DNA from: Octopus bimaculoides
Taxonomy: Eukaryota
Reading direction: 5' to 3'
NCBI RefSeq assembly: GCF_001194135.2
Contig: NC_069005.1
Span: 14,223,573-14,287,572 of the forward strand
Length of the DNA: 64,000 bases
Notes under the pieces: generated by a model
The model's input: only the letters and a program-made list of their open reading frames with translations
What the model was told of the DNA's origin: nothing
The model's database searches: none
Program-made: the position numbers and the translations under genes
Shown: in pieces, positions 15,060 to 27,100 of the stretch
How the letters are laid out: every line of letters starts with the position of its first letter
Position numbering within the stretch: the first letter of the stretch is position 1

Positions 15060-16580
15060 TAGCTATGGATATTGCTGATGTTGAAGATATCAGAAATGAT
15101 CAAATCTATCTCCTTATACTTGGAATAATTAAATGAATTACTGAGAAAAATGTTTCTGAAGAAGCGAAAAAGACAGATGTTGTCTGGTTTCATCAAGGGT
15201 GATATCTGCCAGAATTGCCGTCCAAAAGGTGCTGGTAATCCTGAACTTTGTATGTTCAGTTTTTTGTAGTCCTCAAACCAGAGTATGAAATTTGAATGGG
15301 TGAATTTTGAAGATAGCCTGTATAAAGAGTAAAAGTTATTTTTCTACATACAGAGAATAAGTAGAGACAAAAATTGAACATATGAATGTTGAAGGCTATC
15401 TGTTCAGCTACAAGTGCCATTATGAGCGATTACAAAAAAAAAATGTATGAAATAAGGAGAATCTATTCTAAATGAAGTTTAGAATAAGGGCCAGCTGTAA
15501 CACACCATTTATGGGAGCTAGTAAATAAAGCAATTAAGAACCTCAGGGAATGCAAATGTTACCAAACTGTCTTCAAGTTTCTATTCTTAAAAATCAAGAG
15601 TTTAGTAGGATTTAGTAAAATAACTGATTTCTCCAATATTAACCCTTTTGATACCAATTTAGTTGAAAAAGCTCCTAAAAAAATGCCCTATTTTAAAGTG
15701 ATTTAAATTAAAACCTTCTTTCAAATTTTCATGTTAATTTATGATCATCTTTATAATAGCAGTTATTTTTTTAAACCCATCAGTCTAAAAAATAATTGAA
15801 ACAAAAGCAGTGTATTTCAACAGTAATATAGTAACAAAAGAATTTTAAGTTGGAGTTTAATGCATAAAAAGGTTTTACATAAAATTATCATGGGCAGTTT
15901 AAATGTGAGCAGTTTTGTATCAGAACCAAACACGTTACTATCAGAAGGACTCATGTTATATTTAGTCCATAAGTACAATTATCAAGTACTTATTTCTACG
16001 ACTGTGGTACTAAGCAAATGGTATTATGCTGCTGCATCTGTACAGAAGTCTATCATAAACAATTCGCAGATGGTGTCCCTGTCCTCAACAGATAGATGAG
16101 CTAAGACATGCAAAAGTACTGTATGGATATAGACCTATGACCTGTTGTTGGAAACCACTAAAATATTGCTTCTACCATAATGCAAGGGAGTTGTTTGGAA
16201 ACAGTTTTCAATGAGGAGGTACATTTCTGGTGAGACAGCTGCCAGAAAATTGCTTGATAAAGAACAAAATTCTAGTTTATATTCATTGACTTGATGAGGC
16301 TCTTGTCAGAGTTGTTCAACTCAAAAATTTATTGATAAAGTAAGCTAGATACTTATGATTAATATGTGAAATATGTTCAGTCTTTGTGTGGGTGAATGAA
16401 TGAAAAATAATAGGATCAGAATAAACAGTAAAATCTGTGGTAAATTAAAAGCAAATGTTCTTAATTGCAACAAAGATGTTTAGGATTTGAAAGCCCTTGT
16501 GGACCATCTGTATACCAATGACTTGAGACTCATTGCAAAATCTCTCAAAAGTTTATATACCTGAATGAATAAACTCTCTT
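15060..16580 (+). pseudogene. Highly decayed RTE-clade LINE reverse transcriptase fragments
   Basis: Manual translation gives KGDICQNCRP (~15200-15230), FLVRQLPENCLIKNK...LDEALVRV (cf. IFLVRQLQEK...DLEKAFDRV) and HLYTNDLRLIA (cf. LLYADDLVLIA). Confidence 0.5.
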
Positions 16581-17036
16581 CAAAAGGCCAGAAAGTGAAC
16601 AAAGCAAATATTGGTTTCGAATCTTTTGGCACAAGGCCAGCAATATCAGGGTAGGAGGATATTCAGTTATATCAACTCCAATGCACAACTGGTACTTATT
16701 TTATCAACCCTGAAAGGATGAAAAATCAAGTGAATAAAACAAATATTAAGGTACATAGGTATGAGTGGAGTTCAAAAGGCTATTTGTAGAAAGACCTTAC
16801 TGAATGTCTTGTAGAAACATGGGTTGCTCCCCAAAACCCTAACCTTCATATTTAAAACTGTTAAGACAACAGGGAAACTACTCTGTTGCATAAGTGGTAA
16901 TGAATATATTTGAGAAGAGTTAATGAATTGGATTATGATTACTCTTTACTAATGAGTATTTGATTGTTCTGCCTTGAATATTATATATTGTCTATTGCTG
17001 TGACTCTTATATCGCTTCCTTTTATTTTCATTGCAG

Positions 17037-17400
17037 GTCACAAACTTCAAGATAAACAGATGAATACAGTGTGTGCAGCTCTGGCCGTAACATCATGTCT
17101 GCATTGAAATGTGTTTCCCCCACCCCATTAATATGAGCTTCTTATATGCCCAGCCAATAACAAGAACCATAGCCTGGCCATTATAGTTCTTGTCCTCAGC
17201 TGTTATACGATTGGTGTGAATTGAACGATCCAGTGTCAGATGATGTTTTAACACTTAACTGTAGATACCAAACACAGGTGGAGAATTCTACCAAAGCAAA
17301 GCCAAGCTCTGTGAATGTAACTTACTTGGTGTTATATTACAATCAGATGAAGAATGTTTCTCACCACATTTTCTTTCATCCCTTTAACATGATTACATAA
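17037..17400 (+). other. Candidate upstream non-coding (5' UTR) exon of the zinc-finger gene; 3' boundary uncertain
   Basis: Strong pyrimidine tract and acceptor (TCGCTTCCTTTTATTTTCATTGCAG|G) at 17035-17036, followed by unique-looking sequence with only short uORFs. The link to 18108 is hidden by the 17486-18037 gap. Confidence 0.4.
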
Positions 17401-17437
17401 AAATCCTTCCTGTGAAATATAAAAAAAAAAACAGTAT

Positions 17438-17485
<48 letters not shown>

Positions 17486-18037
17486 NNNNNNNNNNNNNNN
17501 NNNNNNNNNNNNNNNNNNNNNNNNNNNNNNNNNNNNNNNNNNNNNNNNNNNNNNNNNNNNNNNNNNNNNNNNNNNNNNNNNNNNNNNNNNNNNNNNNNNN
17601 NNNNNNNNNNNNNNNNNNNNNNNNNNNNNNNNNNNNNNNNNNNNNNNNNNNNNNNNNNNNNNNNNNNNNNNNNNNNNNNNNNNNNNNNNNNNNNNNNNNN
17701 NNNNNNNNNNNNNNNNNNNNNNNNNNNNNNNNNNNNNNNNNNNNNNNNNNNNNNNNNNNNNNNNNNNNNNNNNNNNNNNNNNNNNNNNNNNNNNNNNNNN
17801 NNNNNNNNNNNNNNNNNNNNNNNNNNNNNNNNNNNNNNNNNNNNNNNNNNNNNNNNNNNNNNNNNNNNNNNNNNNNNNNNNNNNNNNNNNNNNNNNNNNN
17901 NNNNNNNNNNNNNNNNNNNNNNNNNNNNNNNNNNNNNNNNNNNNNNNNNNNNNNNNNNNNNNNNNNNNNNNNNNNNNNNNNNNNNNNNNNNNNNNNNNNN
18001 NNNNNNNNNNNNNNNNNNNNNNNNNNNNNNNNNNNNN
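17486..18037. other. Assembly gap immediately upstream of the start codon; other gaps at 10413-10542, 14866-14998, 33237-33278, 36950-36959, 40348-40979, 47573-47582, 61575-61628 and 63403-63413
   Basis: Runs of N, mostly flanked by (TA)n or (TG)n microsatellites. Confidence 0.99.
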
Positions 18038-18085
<48 letters not shown>

Positions 18086-18107
18086 TAACCCATAAAGTTT
18101 GTCAGAA

Positions 18108-21100
18108 ATGTCTGCAAACAAAAAGCGTGGTGTCAGTAGCCGTGTCTCAAAGGCTGAGCAAGCACTAAAGAGCAGCAGCGGTAATGGCAGACCAGGAAGG
18201 TTGGTGGTAGAGTCTGGAGAAGATACTCCCAAGTCAGTTGAGAAATCTTCCTCAAAGTCTAGTGAAAGCATTGGAAATCAAACCCCAAAGACCTCTGTGA
18301 ATGCTGGAAAAGTTGTTCGTAAAGCTGGACGCCCTCGAAAGCATCGGGACGGTGATGGCAGTACACCAGCGACTTCCACAGCCCTACAGAACCCTGCCAC
18401 TCTTTCTACCTCTGGTCCGCTGTCATCTGTTGGTGCCAAAAAAAGAGGCCGAAAAGCCAAGAATCCCGAATCTGCAGTTTCCACTGGGAGGAAAAAGAGT
18501 ATTAATAAACGTGCCCTTGAAATTGTGGACACTTCGAAAGCAGCAATGGAGAAGTTACAAAAGAAAAAACCCAAAGGAACAAAGTTGTTGGCCACAACAA
18601 AAAGTAAAAAAATAGGGAAAGTTTACACAGAAAAGGGAATTCTTAGCAAAGTAAAGAAGGTTTGTCCAACAGAAAGCAAAGGCGCTAACAAGAAAGCTGC
18701 CAAAGAACTACAGTCTGTAAATAATAGTAAACTAAAATCTTCAACTTTGCATAAAGTTCTCAAAGGTTCTAAAACAAAGAAATTGTTTTCAAACTCTGAA
18801 ACTGATACCAGTGAAAGCAGCAAAATGCCAAAATCCAAAAAACTAGGGCACAGCAAAGACAATAGCGGGACTGGGCTTAAAAAGGTTAAGCTAAAAACTT
18901 TGATTAAGATGAAAAAATCTGGTAGTCAGCCAGGTAGGAAACGCAAAATACCTCAAGCTGAGTGTGAAGATTCTAAAAAGAAAACCAAAGCCAAAAAAAT
19001 TGTCCAAAGTACTCCGGCCATTATCTCGAAACGGAAGTGCAAAAGTAAAAAAAATGACAATCCAGAAAGTGAGAACAAAGGCCAGTTGGTGATAAAGAAA
19101 AAACCAGGTCCTGTGAAAGGAAGTAAAAAGGCTGTCCCAAAGACTTCTGCACTTGATACTAGTAGTAAAGTACAGAAACTGAAGAAATCGTTATCGGATA
19201 AATTAAAAATTAAGAAATATAAGAAAGTGAAAGATAACCTGTCTCCGCACAGACTTAGTGGCGCTGAAAATGTGGTCCAGCAATCCAATAAGTTTGAATC
19301 AGCCGATAATAGTAGAATATGTGAAACAAAAGATATTCGCTTCTCAAAGACATCTCCACTTGAGTCAGGTACACCTACAAATGGAGCAGAAAGTTCTAGA
19401 AGACTGGTGAAAACTACACTGGACAGTCATAAATTGAATGTTCAGGGTGTCTATGAAAGTGAAATATCTGATTGTTTCAAACAAGGAGTTAATGAGGATT
19501 CTATCAACAATGTCGTAGAACTGGCTGACATGTCTAACAGTGAAGGAATCAATACTGTCTTGGTGCCGAACAAGACCAAATTCCTCAACTCTTCGGTGAC
19601 TGATGTTACGGACAGCGAAGATGTAAATACACAAAGCACAATAGACAGTGAGGATGTCACTACGCGAAGTACTCTCGATAGTGAAGATGTTAATACACAG
19701 AGCACCGTGGAAAGTGATCGAGTGACTACTCCTTGTACAGTTGATAGTGAGGCAGTCAATACTCCAGGTACTGTTGATAGTGATCAGGTTAACACACCAT
19801 ATACCATAGATAGTGAAGATGTAAATACTCAGAGTACTGCAGACAGTGAGAGGATCAATACTCCTTGTACAGAAGAAAGTGAAAACGCCGTTCCTCCTCT
19901 TTCTGTTGACAGTGAGGAGGTGAACACCCCTTGCAGTGTCTTCAGTGAACAGGTGAACACCCCTTGCAGTGTCCTCAGTGAACAGGTGAATACTTCCTGC
20001 AGTGTAGATAGTACAGAGGCTGCAATGCCAAGCTCAATAGAAAGTGAACGGATTAATACACCTTGTTCGATTGATGCTGACGATCCCAGCAGTTGTGAAC
20101 TGGTAGCTTCAGATGTGAAGGCTACTCATGTTGTCAGTTCCCAGAGTCTAGAATACAACACTGTGGAATCTTCGAAAACCCCAGTTAATCTGAAGGTGGA
20201 AGATAATGTGTGTTCGAATCAGATGTTAAGTAGTCTTGAACAGAAGTCACCAGCAGCAAGTGTGGAACCATCAAGTTTACTTGATAACCAATCCAAAGAA
20301 GTGATAAATACGGGTAGACTGAGTTCACTTCCAAACTCCGAAAGTTCTGAACAAAACCAAGCTGGCTGCCAGTCATTTCCCAACCAGTCCAAAGTTGAAA
20401 CGGATGATGACATTTATACCAAACCAGCAAGCTCTGTGGAAATGAGTCCTTTACTTTTGGAACTTTCCCCTGCTGAAAGTGAGGTAAACGTAGTTGATGA
20501 TGTCGAGGTTGTTGATCCCACCAACACATCACCAATTGAACCAGATCTGTCTACAGACAATCAAACAGATCATGGCTCAGATTTGATTAGCAGTCCAGTT
20601 TCACACACGGCAAAAGCTTCCGAGCAGTTGCTGGAAATGCAACATTCTGCAGAAGAAAATCATGGAGATTGTTCTACGTTTTCAGCACTGAAGGAGAAAA
20701 ATTGCGATGACTCTTCGGGGTTTACTGTTCAGGCAAAACTTGTGTCTTCAAATCCGTCAGTTGAATTAGCTTCAGATGCCACCAGTTCTATGCCAGTGTT
20801 TTCATCGACTGTTAGCAAAGATCTTCAAACAACAAATGTTGCAGCCGTATCTGTTCCCTCTGCAAAGTCTGAGGATGAAGCTTACAGATCTAAATGCTGC
20901 ACCAATGATGTTGGAAGTCTTGCAGAACCAGTGCAAAAAGACCTTGCTATTGCTACAGAAGATAGAAAAGAATCTGTGACTGATGAAGTGTTGGAAAAGT
21001 CAGCATGTGTCAATATGCCTGGCTTGGTGTCTGTCATCTCAAGACCTTCCATTATTTCTTCAAGTAAAACAGACATTATTAAACACCAGCAGCAAACTAA

Positions 21101-24100
21101 CTCAGCTAATATACATAATTTACATGAAGATAACAAGAAACCATTTCAACCCCAGTTCCCTGTCAAAGACAAAAATATTTTTGCCTCGTTTGCTGAACTT
21201 GAACCCAAGCTTCACGAAAAGCCTCTGTCTGTAATCCGAGCAACAGCAAATCCAGAAGCTAGTGTTTCAGCTTCACTGGTGATGGAGATGTTATCACCAC
21301 CCTCATCTTCCACCTTCAAACTCTCTAACTGCACTTCTGTATTGAGCAAGATCTCGAAATGTAGCACCGATGTAGACACGTGTAGTTCTGATGTAAATAA
21401 ATCAGCCACTAAAATACTGCAGGATATTTCTTCATCTGAAACTGTTCCTACCAAAATTACATCACCACCACCAGAAGCAATTTCTCATGGCTCTTCATTC
21501 TTTGAAAGTAAAATGAATTATGTAAAGGCTACGGAGACGGAGACTTCAGCTTCACTACCCAGAGCTGGTGAGGAATGCAGTAAAATCACATTGTCACACA
21601 CTTATTCGAAATTTGTTGAAGATTTGCCTGATCAGAGAAACATGCTGAAAGTTATCCCCCTTGAGCAACCTTCCTCTGGTGGTGAGCCACAACCTGCTTC
21701 ACAAGCAACATCATTGTCACTTGGAACTAAACTGTCAGTAAACCAAAAGGATGATCAACCTCCAGCAACTGAATTAGATTCCACATCTGATGAACAGAAA
21801 GTTGTTGAAAGCAATTTGAATACAAAAATACAATGGCAGCCAAATGCTGTAGCCATGTCTTCTGATGCCAAAGAGTTGGACCCTAACATAGCTTCTGTGA
21901 TCAAATGTAGTGACGATGCCAACAAGTCTGATCCAATTAAACTGTTCAAAGAGCAAATCATTAAGAATGTACTTCCTAACGAAGTATTTCAAATGAAGAC
22001 TTTACCCAGTAAAGATAATTTGTATTCTCCTTCCAGTATTGTTGCCACTGTTGCATCTAAAATTGACTTGAGTTTGAACACTGCAGCATGCTCTGCTAGC
22101 TTTAAAGATGAACATGGTTTACCCTTGGATACAGCTTCTGTCAAACTTGATCCAGACAAGCCTATGGATAATGACATTTTCAAAGTTAATTCTGATTTAC
22201 AAAAAGATACAGTTAATCTTAAAGATGATGCTGATACGCAGTCAGATTCAGCTAGTCCTAAAACAGATCCTTATATGCAATCAGATGAGGGTAGCCCTCA
22301 AGTCAACTCTAATGTGCTATCAAATGAAGATAGCCCCAAAGATGAGCCTGATACAATACTGAATGTAGATGGCTCCAAAGACGAGCCTGATACTCTATCA
22401 AATTTATATGTCCCCCGAAATGAGTCCAACACATTATCAAATGTTGATAGCCCCAAAGATGAACCCAATGCATTATCAAATATAGAAAGTACTAGATATG
22501 AGCCTGGTGTATTATTAAATGTAGGTCACCCCAAAGTTGAGCTCAATACATTATCAGATCTAAGTATCCCTAAAGATGGACCTGATACATTGTCAAATGT
22601 AGATAGCCCTAAAGATGTACCCAATGCATTATCAAATGAAGATAGCCCCAAAGAAGAGCCTAATACATTAATAAGTATGGGTAGCCCCAAAGATGAGCCC
22701 AATATATTAATGAATATTGATAGCCACAACGTTGAACCTAGTAAATTAATAAATGTGGGTAGCCCCCAAAATGAGCCAGATACATTACCCAATGTAGGTA
22801 GTCCCAAAGTTGAACATGACACGTTGATAAATGTCAGTAGCCCCAATGATGAACCCACTACATTATCGAATGTAGATAGCCCCAAAGTTGAACCTGACAT
22901 AGTAGTAAATGTCAGTAGCCCCCAAAATGAGAACAATACATTATCAAATATAGGTAACCCCAATGATGAGCTCAATACATCGATAAATGTAGGTAGCCCC
23001 AATGATGAGCCCAATACAGTAATAAATGCAGGTAGCCCCAAAGGTGAGCCCAATACATTATCAGTTGGTGGAAGCCCTAGAGATGAGTCCAATGCATTAA
23101 TAAATGTTGGAAGCCCTGGAGATGAACCCAGTGCATTATCAATTGTTGGTAGCCCTAGAGACGAGTCCAATGCATTAATAAATGTTGGTAGCCCTAGAGA
23201 CGAGTCCAATGCATTAATAAATGTTGGTAGCCCTAGAGATGAGCCCAATACATTAATAACTGTAAGTAGCCCCAAAGGTGAGCCTGATAAATTATCAGTT
23301 GTTGGTAGCCCTAGAGATGAGTCCAATACATTAGTAAATCTAAGTAGTCCCAAAGATGAGCCCAATACATTATCAATTGTTGGTAGCCCTAAAGATGAGC
23401 CCGATGCATTAATAAGTGTAGGTAGCCCTACAGATGAGCCCAATACATTGTCAGTTGTTGGTAGCCCCAAAGATGGACATGATACATTAATCAATGCAGA
23501 TAGTCCCAAAGATAAGTCCGATATATTATCAAATATAAATAGCCCCAAAGATGAGCCCAATGCAATATCAAATACAGACAGCCCCAAAGATAAGTCCAAT
23601 ACATTAATAAATGAAGGTAGTCTTAAAGATGTACCTGATATACAATCAGATACAACATGCCCCGAAATTGACCTCAATATGCAGTTTGATGTAACTAACT
23701 CCCAAGTTGATGCTAATATGCAATCAGATTCTGAATGTTCTATGGATGTGCAGTTGAATGCAACTAATTCCGAAGTTGATCCCAATTTGCAGTCGGACTC
23801 AGCTTGCTCTAGAGTTGAACTTGACATGCAGTTGGAAGTAACTAACCCTGCAGCTAATCCCATTATGCCACTGTCTACAGCAGAGGATTTGCCAATGGAT
23901 TCAGCAGTTTCCAAAGCTGATGGTGGCTCTCAGTTGACTATGACTGCTGTTGTTAAAGTCAATTCTGCTACTTATCAAGACAAATGCAGTCCTGACGAGA
24001 AGTCAGATGTTATTGACAACACAAACACTCCTCCTTCTGCATCTTGTGAGCCATCTTCCCCTGTGGTTGCTTCAGAGAATAAATCTTTTCAGCAGAATCA

Positions 24101-27100
24101 GTCTCCGGTCGCTGGAGATGAAGCAGAGCAGTTCATCAAAACATCAAAGCCTTCGGATCAATGCCAACCATGTGAAGTGAATGATAGTCCTCAGTCCTCT
24201 TCATTATTTCCACCTCATCAAACTTCATCATCGTCATCATCAGTATCATCTGTAATACTTCCATCATCATCATCATCATCCTCATCCTCCTCCTCATCAT
24301 CATCATCCTCATCGGCATTGTCATTATCATTGCCATCAACATCATCATCAGAGCTACTGTCTCATGAACAATTACCTAGCTTAGCTCTATCAGATATGCC
24401 TTCTCAAGAACAGAAACTACCATTGGTTATAAGGTTTAATGATTCATCTAATACATGTGATGTGAAAAATGACGAGGAGAAAGGGAAACCTAGTGTCAAG
24501 GCAGAGGTAACCAGTGTGGTGGCAGAGAAGACGTACGTAGAAACGAAGGTCAGTGAAGAAAATGCAGTTAGTTCTGTAGAGTCTTTAAATGACTCAAACC
24601 TAAATGGCATTCCTGACACTATAGGCAATGGCAATGAACCTCCTCCTGGTATCAAGACTTCCAGCCTTGATCCTTCATCAAATCTCAGCTGTAGTAGTGA
24701 TAGTAGTAATAGTAACAGCAAGACGTCTGCTATGGGGACTGTTACTTCATCATCTATGGCCAGTCCATCATTGTCTAAATCTGATGAGGCTTCTGTGATA
24801 CATAGTGAAACCTCCTCCGATAGTGCAGTACCTTCCTATAAAAAGAACCCTGGTGCCTTGATACAAAATCCAACAAACACAACAGAATCTTTGGCTGCAT
24901 TTTCTTTGAATTCTGCCCCAGTTAAAAAGGAGAGTCTTACTGTCCCCACTATCAAGATAAAAGTCGAGTCTGAAGCAACTCCATCAGACACTTTGTCCCA
25001 TTTGTCAACCTCCATGGTGATAGCTCCTGCCGCTGCTCAAAGAATTCTCTCGTTAGCAACTCTGGCCAACAAAGTCACTCTGAAATCCAGCCATGCCACA
25101 CCAGCCATTAAGAAATCAAAATCAGTAGATTCTGAAAGTGGCAGTTTGTTACTGAAAGGAGAGGCAGATGGTAACCTGGTGGAAAGTGAAGATAACAGTG
25201 AAAGTGTGGATGAAAGAGTTACCGGTTCAAAGAGCAGTGCTCCAGCTCCCCATAGGGTTGTGAGTGGAGATTTAACCGACCATTCGAAGAAGGCTACAGT
25301 TGCCATTCCTTCAGATAAAGTTCCTGAAAGAGATGTTTCTGGCTCATCAACATCTACAGAATCTCCAAACATTGAGAAGCCTCTACTTAGCAAAGATGAG
25401 GAAAAACTCTCCAGTGTTGAATTAGGGAAAACCCCTACAGCTACCGACTTGGACAAAGGCTCTGCAGAAAACACTAACAACAGTTGCCTGAAATCTCCAA
25501 ACTCCACTTCTAACTCGCAGCTTGTTTGTGATCCTTCTCTGAAAGAGAAGGACAGTGAAGAGCAAAGAAAAGGTTCTAGTTGTCAGGTTACTGTTGACCT
25601 GTCCGTCTCGGTCAGCATCGAGCCCCCTCCTACTCCTTATCCTCCCCTCTCCATATCTCCAAAGGCATCTCATAAGAACATAGAGATAAACGAGAGAACT
25701 GAAATGAGGTCATCCCCCCCTGATGATAAATCCAGCTCCTTAGCTGCAGTTAAAAAGCCAGATGTGGAAATAGTCAAACCACAGCTGAAGCCATCATTTG
25801 CTATCTTTGACAGCTGCCTTGTGTGCATAATTTGCCGGAAGATGTGCAAAAGTAAGAAATCTTTCCAGGCACATGTGTGGTGGCATTTTCATGCTTGTAG
25901 TCGGATGTGCACCCATTGTCTGCCTCCTCCAGAACCCATCAGTATTAATAACCAACACAAACTTCAGCTGAATAAGTGCCCTTATGTGATGGATGTTATG
26001 GTTAAAATATGTCGCACTCTTAAAAAGATACGTCAGGCAAAGCTGCAGTCTGGCAAAGACCAGGTTGAGCGTGAAAAAACATTTGCAGAGGAGGAAACTG
26101 ACACCGAGAGCGTGGATCTAGACTACGACTTGAACAACGGTGGTAGTGGTGGCGGTGGGGAAAACAGTAGCAGCAAGATGGCGGATCTGTCACTGACCGC
26201 AGCACAAGTTGACAGCAGCCAGTCAAACAACCAGAAATCCAATGCAACCGATGACAACAGTATATTTGCTCCAGCAAACGTTGAGTATCTCAGGTCTCTC
26301 TACTCCAGTGGTAGTAACAGCAAAAAACGGACTAAAAAGTCTTCTTCCAGTGGCCCGAACCACCACCACCACCACCACCATCACCACCACCACCACCATA
26401 GTTCGTCCTCGTCGTCTTCTTCGTCCACCTCCTCATCTGTGGTAAACTCTTCAGTGTCGTCTTCCCACAAGAAAGGGGGTTTCTATGTCTGCGGTTTTCA
26501 GTACTGTACTTACTCCTGTATGAATTGTCTTCAGTTCCGTCTGCATCTACAGCAGTGTCATAACTTTGAAACTGTGTTTCCTTGCTACCATTGTGGCCAG
26601 CTGAACTATTCAAAAGATGACCTCATCAAACACATGTACAATCATTCAAATGCGCGAGATTTTCTGCTATTTCGATGTTGGTTCCCTCGGTGTCGATTTG
26701 GTACAAACATGCTTCAGGAGTTTCACGAACACAACAACATCTTCCATGTCGGTGAGTTAGTGTTTACCTGCTTCTATTGCAATACGGAGTTCCCCGAACT
26801 ATCTGAACTGCTCAACCATCTCCAGTCTAATTTGCTGAAATTTGTACAATGTCCTCACTGCACTGTGAAGGACCGAAACCGAAGGACTGTTTTGAACCAC
26901 ATATCTACCGAACACCCACTGAAACCAAAGCAAATTGTGGTCACCTGCCAAGTTGTATGCAAAAAGAAGCAAACTGTCTCCCCTGATGCTAGTGAGATAC
27001 TGCACAATCAGCATCTTAAACTAAACCAGTCTCTGTCCGAAGAACGAATACTGGAATGTATTAAATGTGGCCTGATCTGTCGTAACATAGCAACATTACG

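Noticed and set aside
18099-18107. ORF-track start at 18099, and the 3,770-aa ORF as a complete gene
   Set aside because: 18099 is a TTG and not a normal eukaryotic start. The ORF's stop lies inside the splice donor, mid-finger, so the gene continues at 41882.
22526-23914. 462-aa antisense ORF, plus other antisense ORFs inside 18108-29407
   Set aside because: It is a shadow of the 39-bp repeat, whose reverse frame happens to lack stops; the sense frame carries the recognisable domains.
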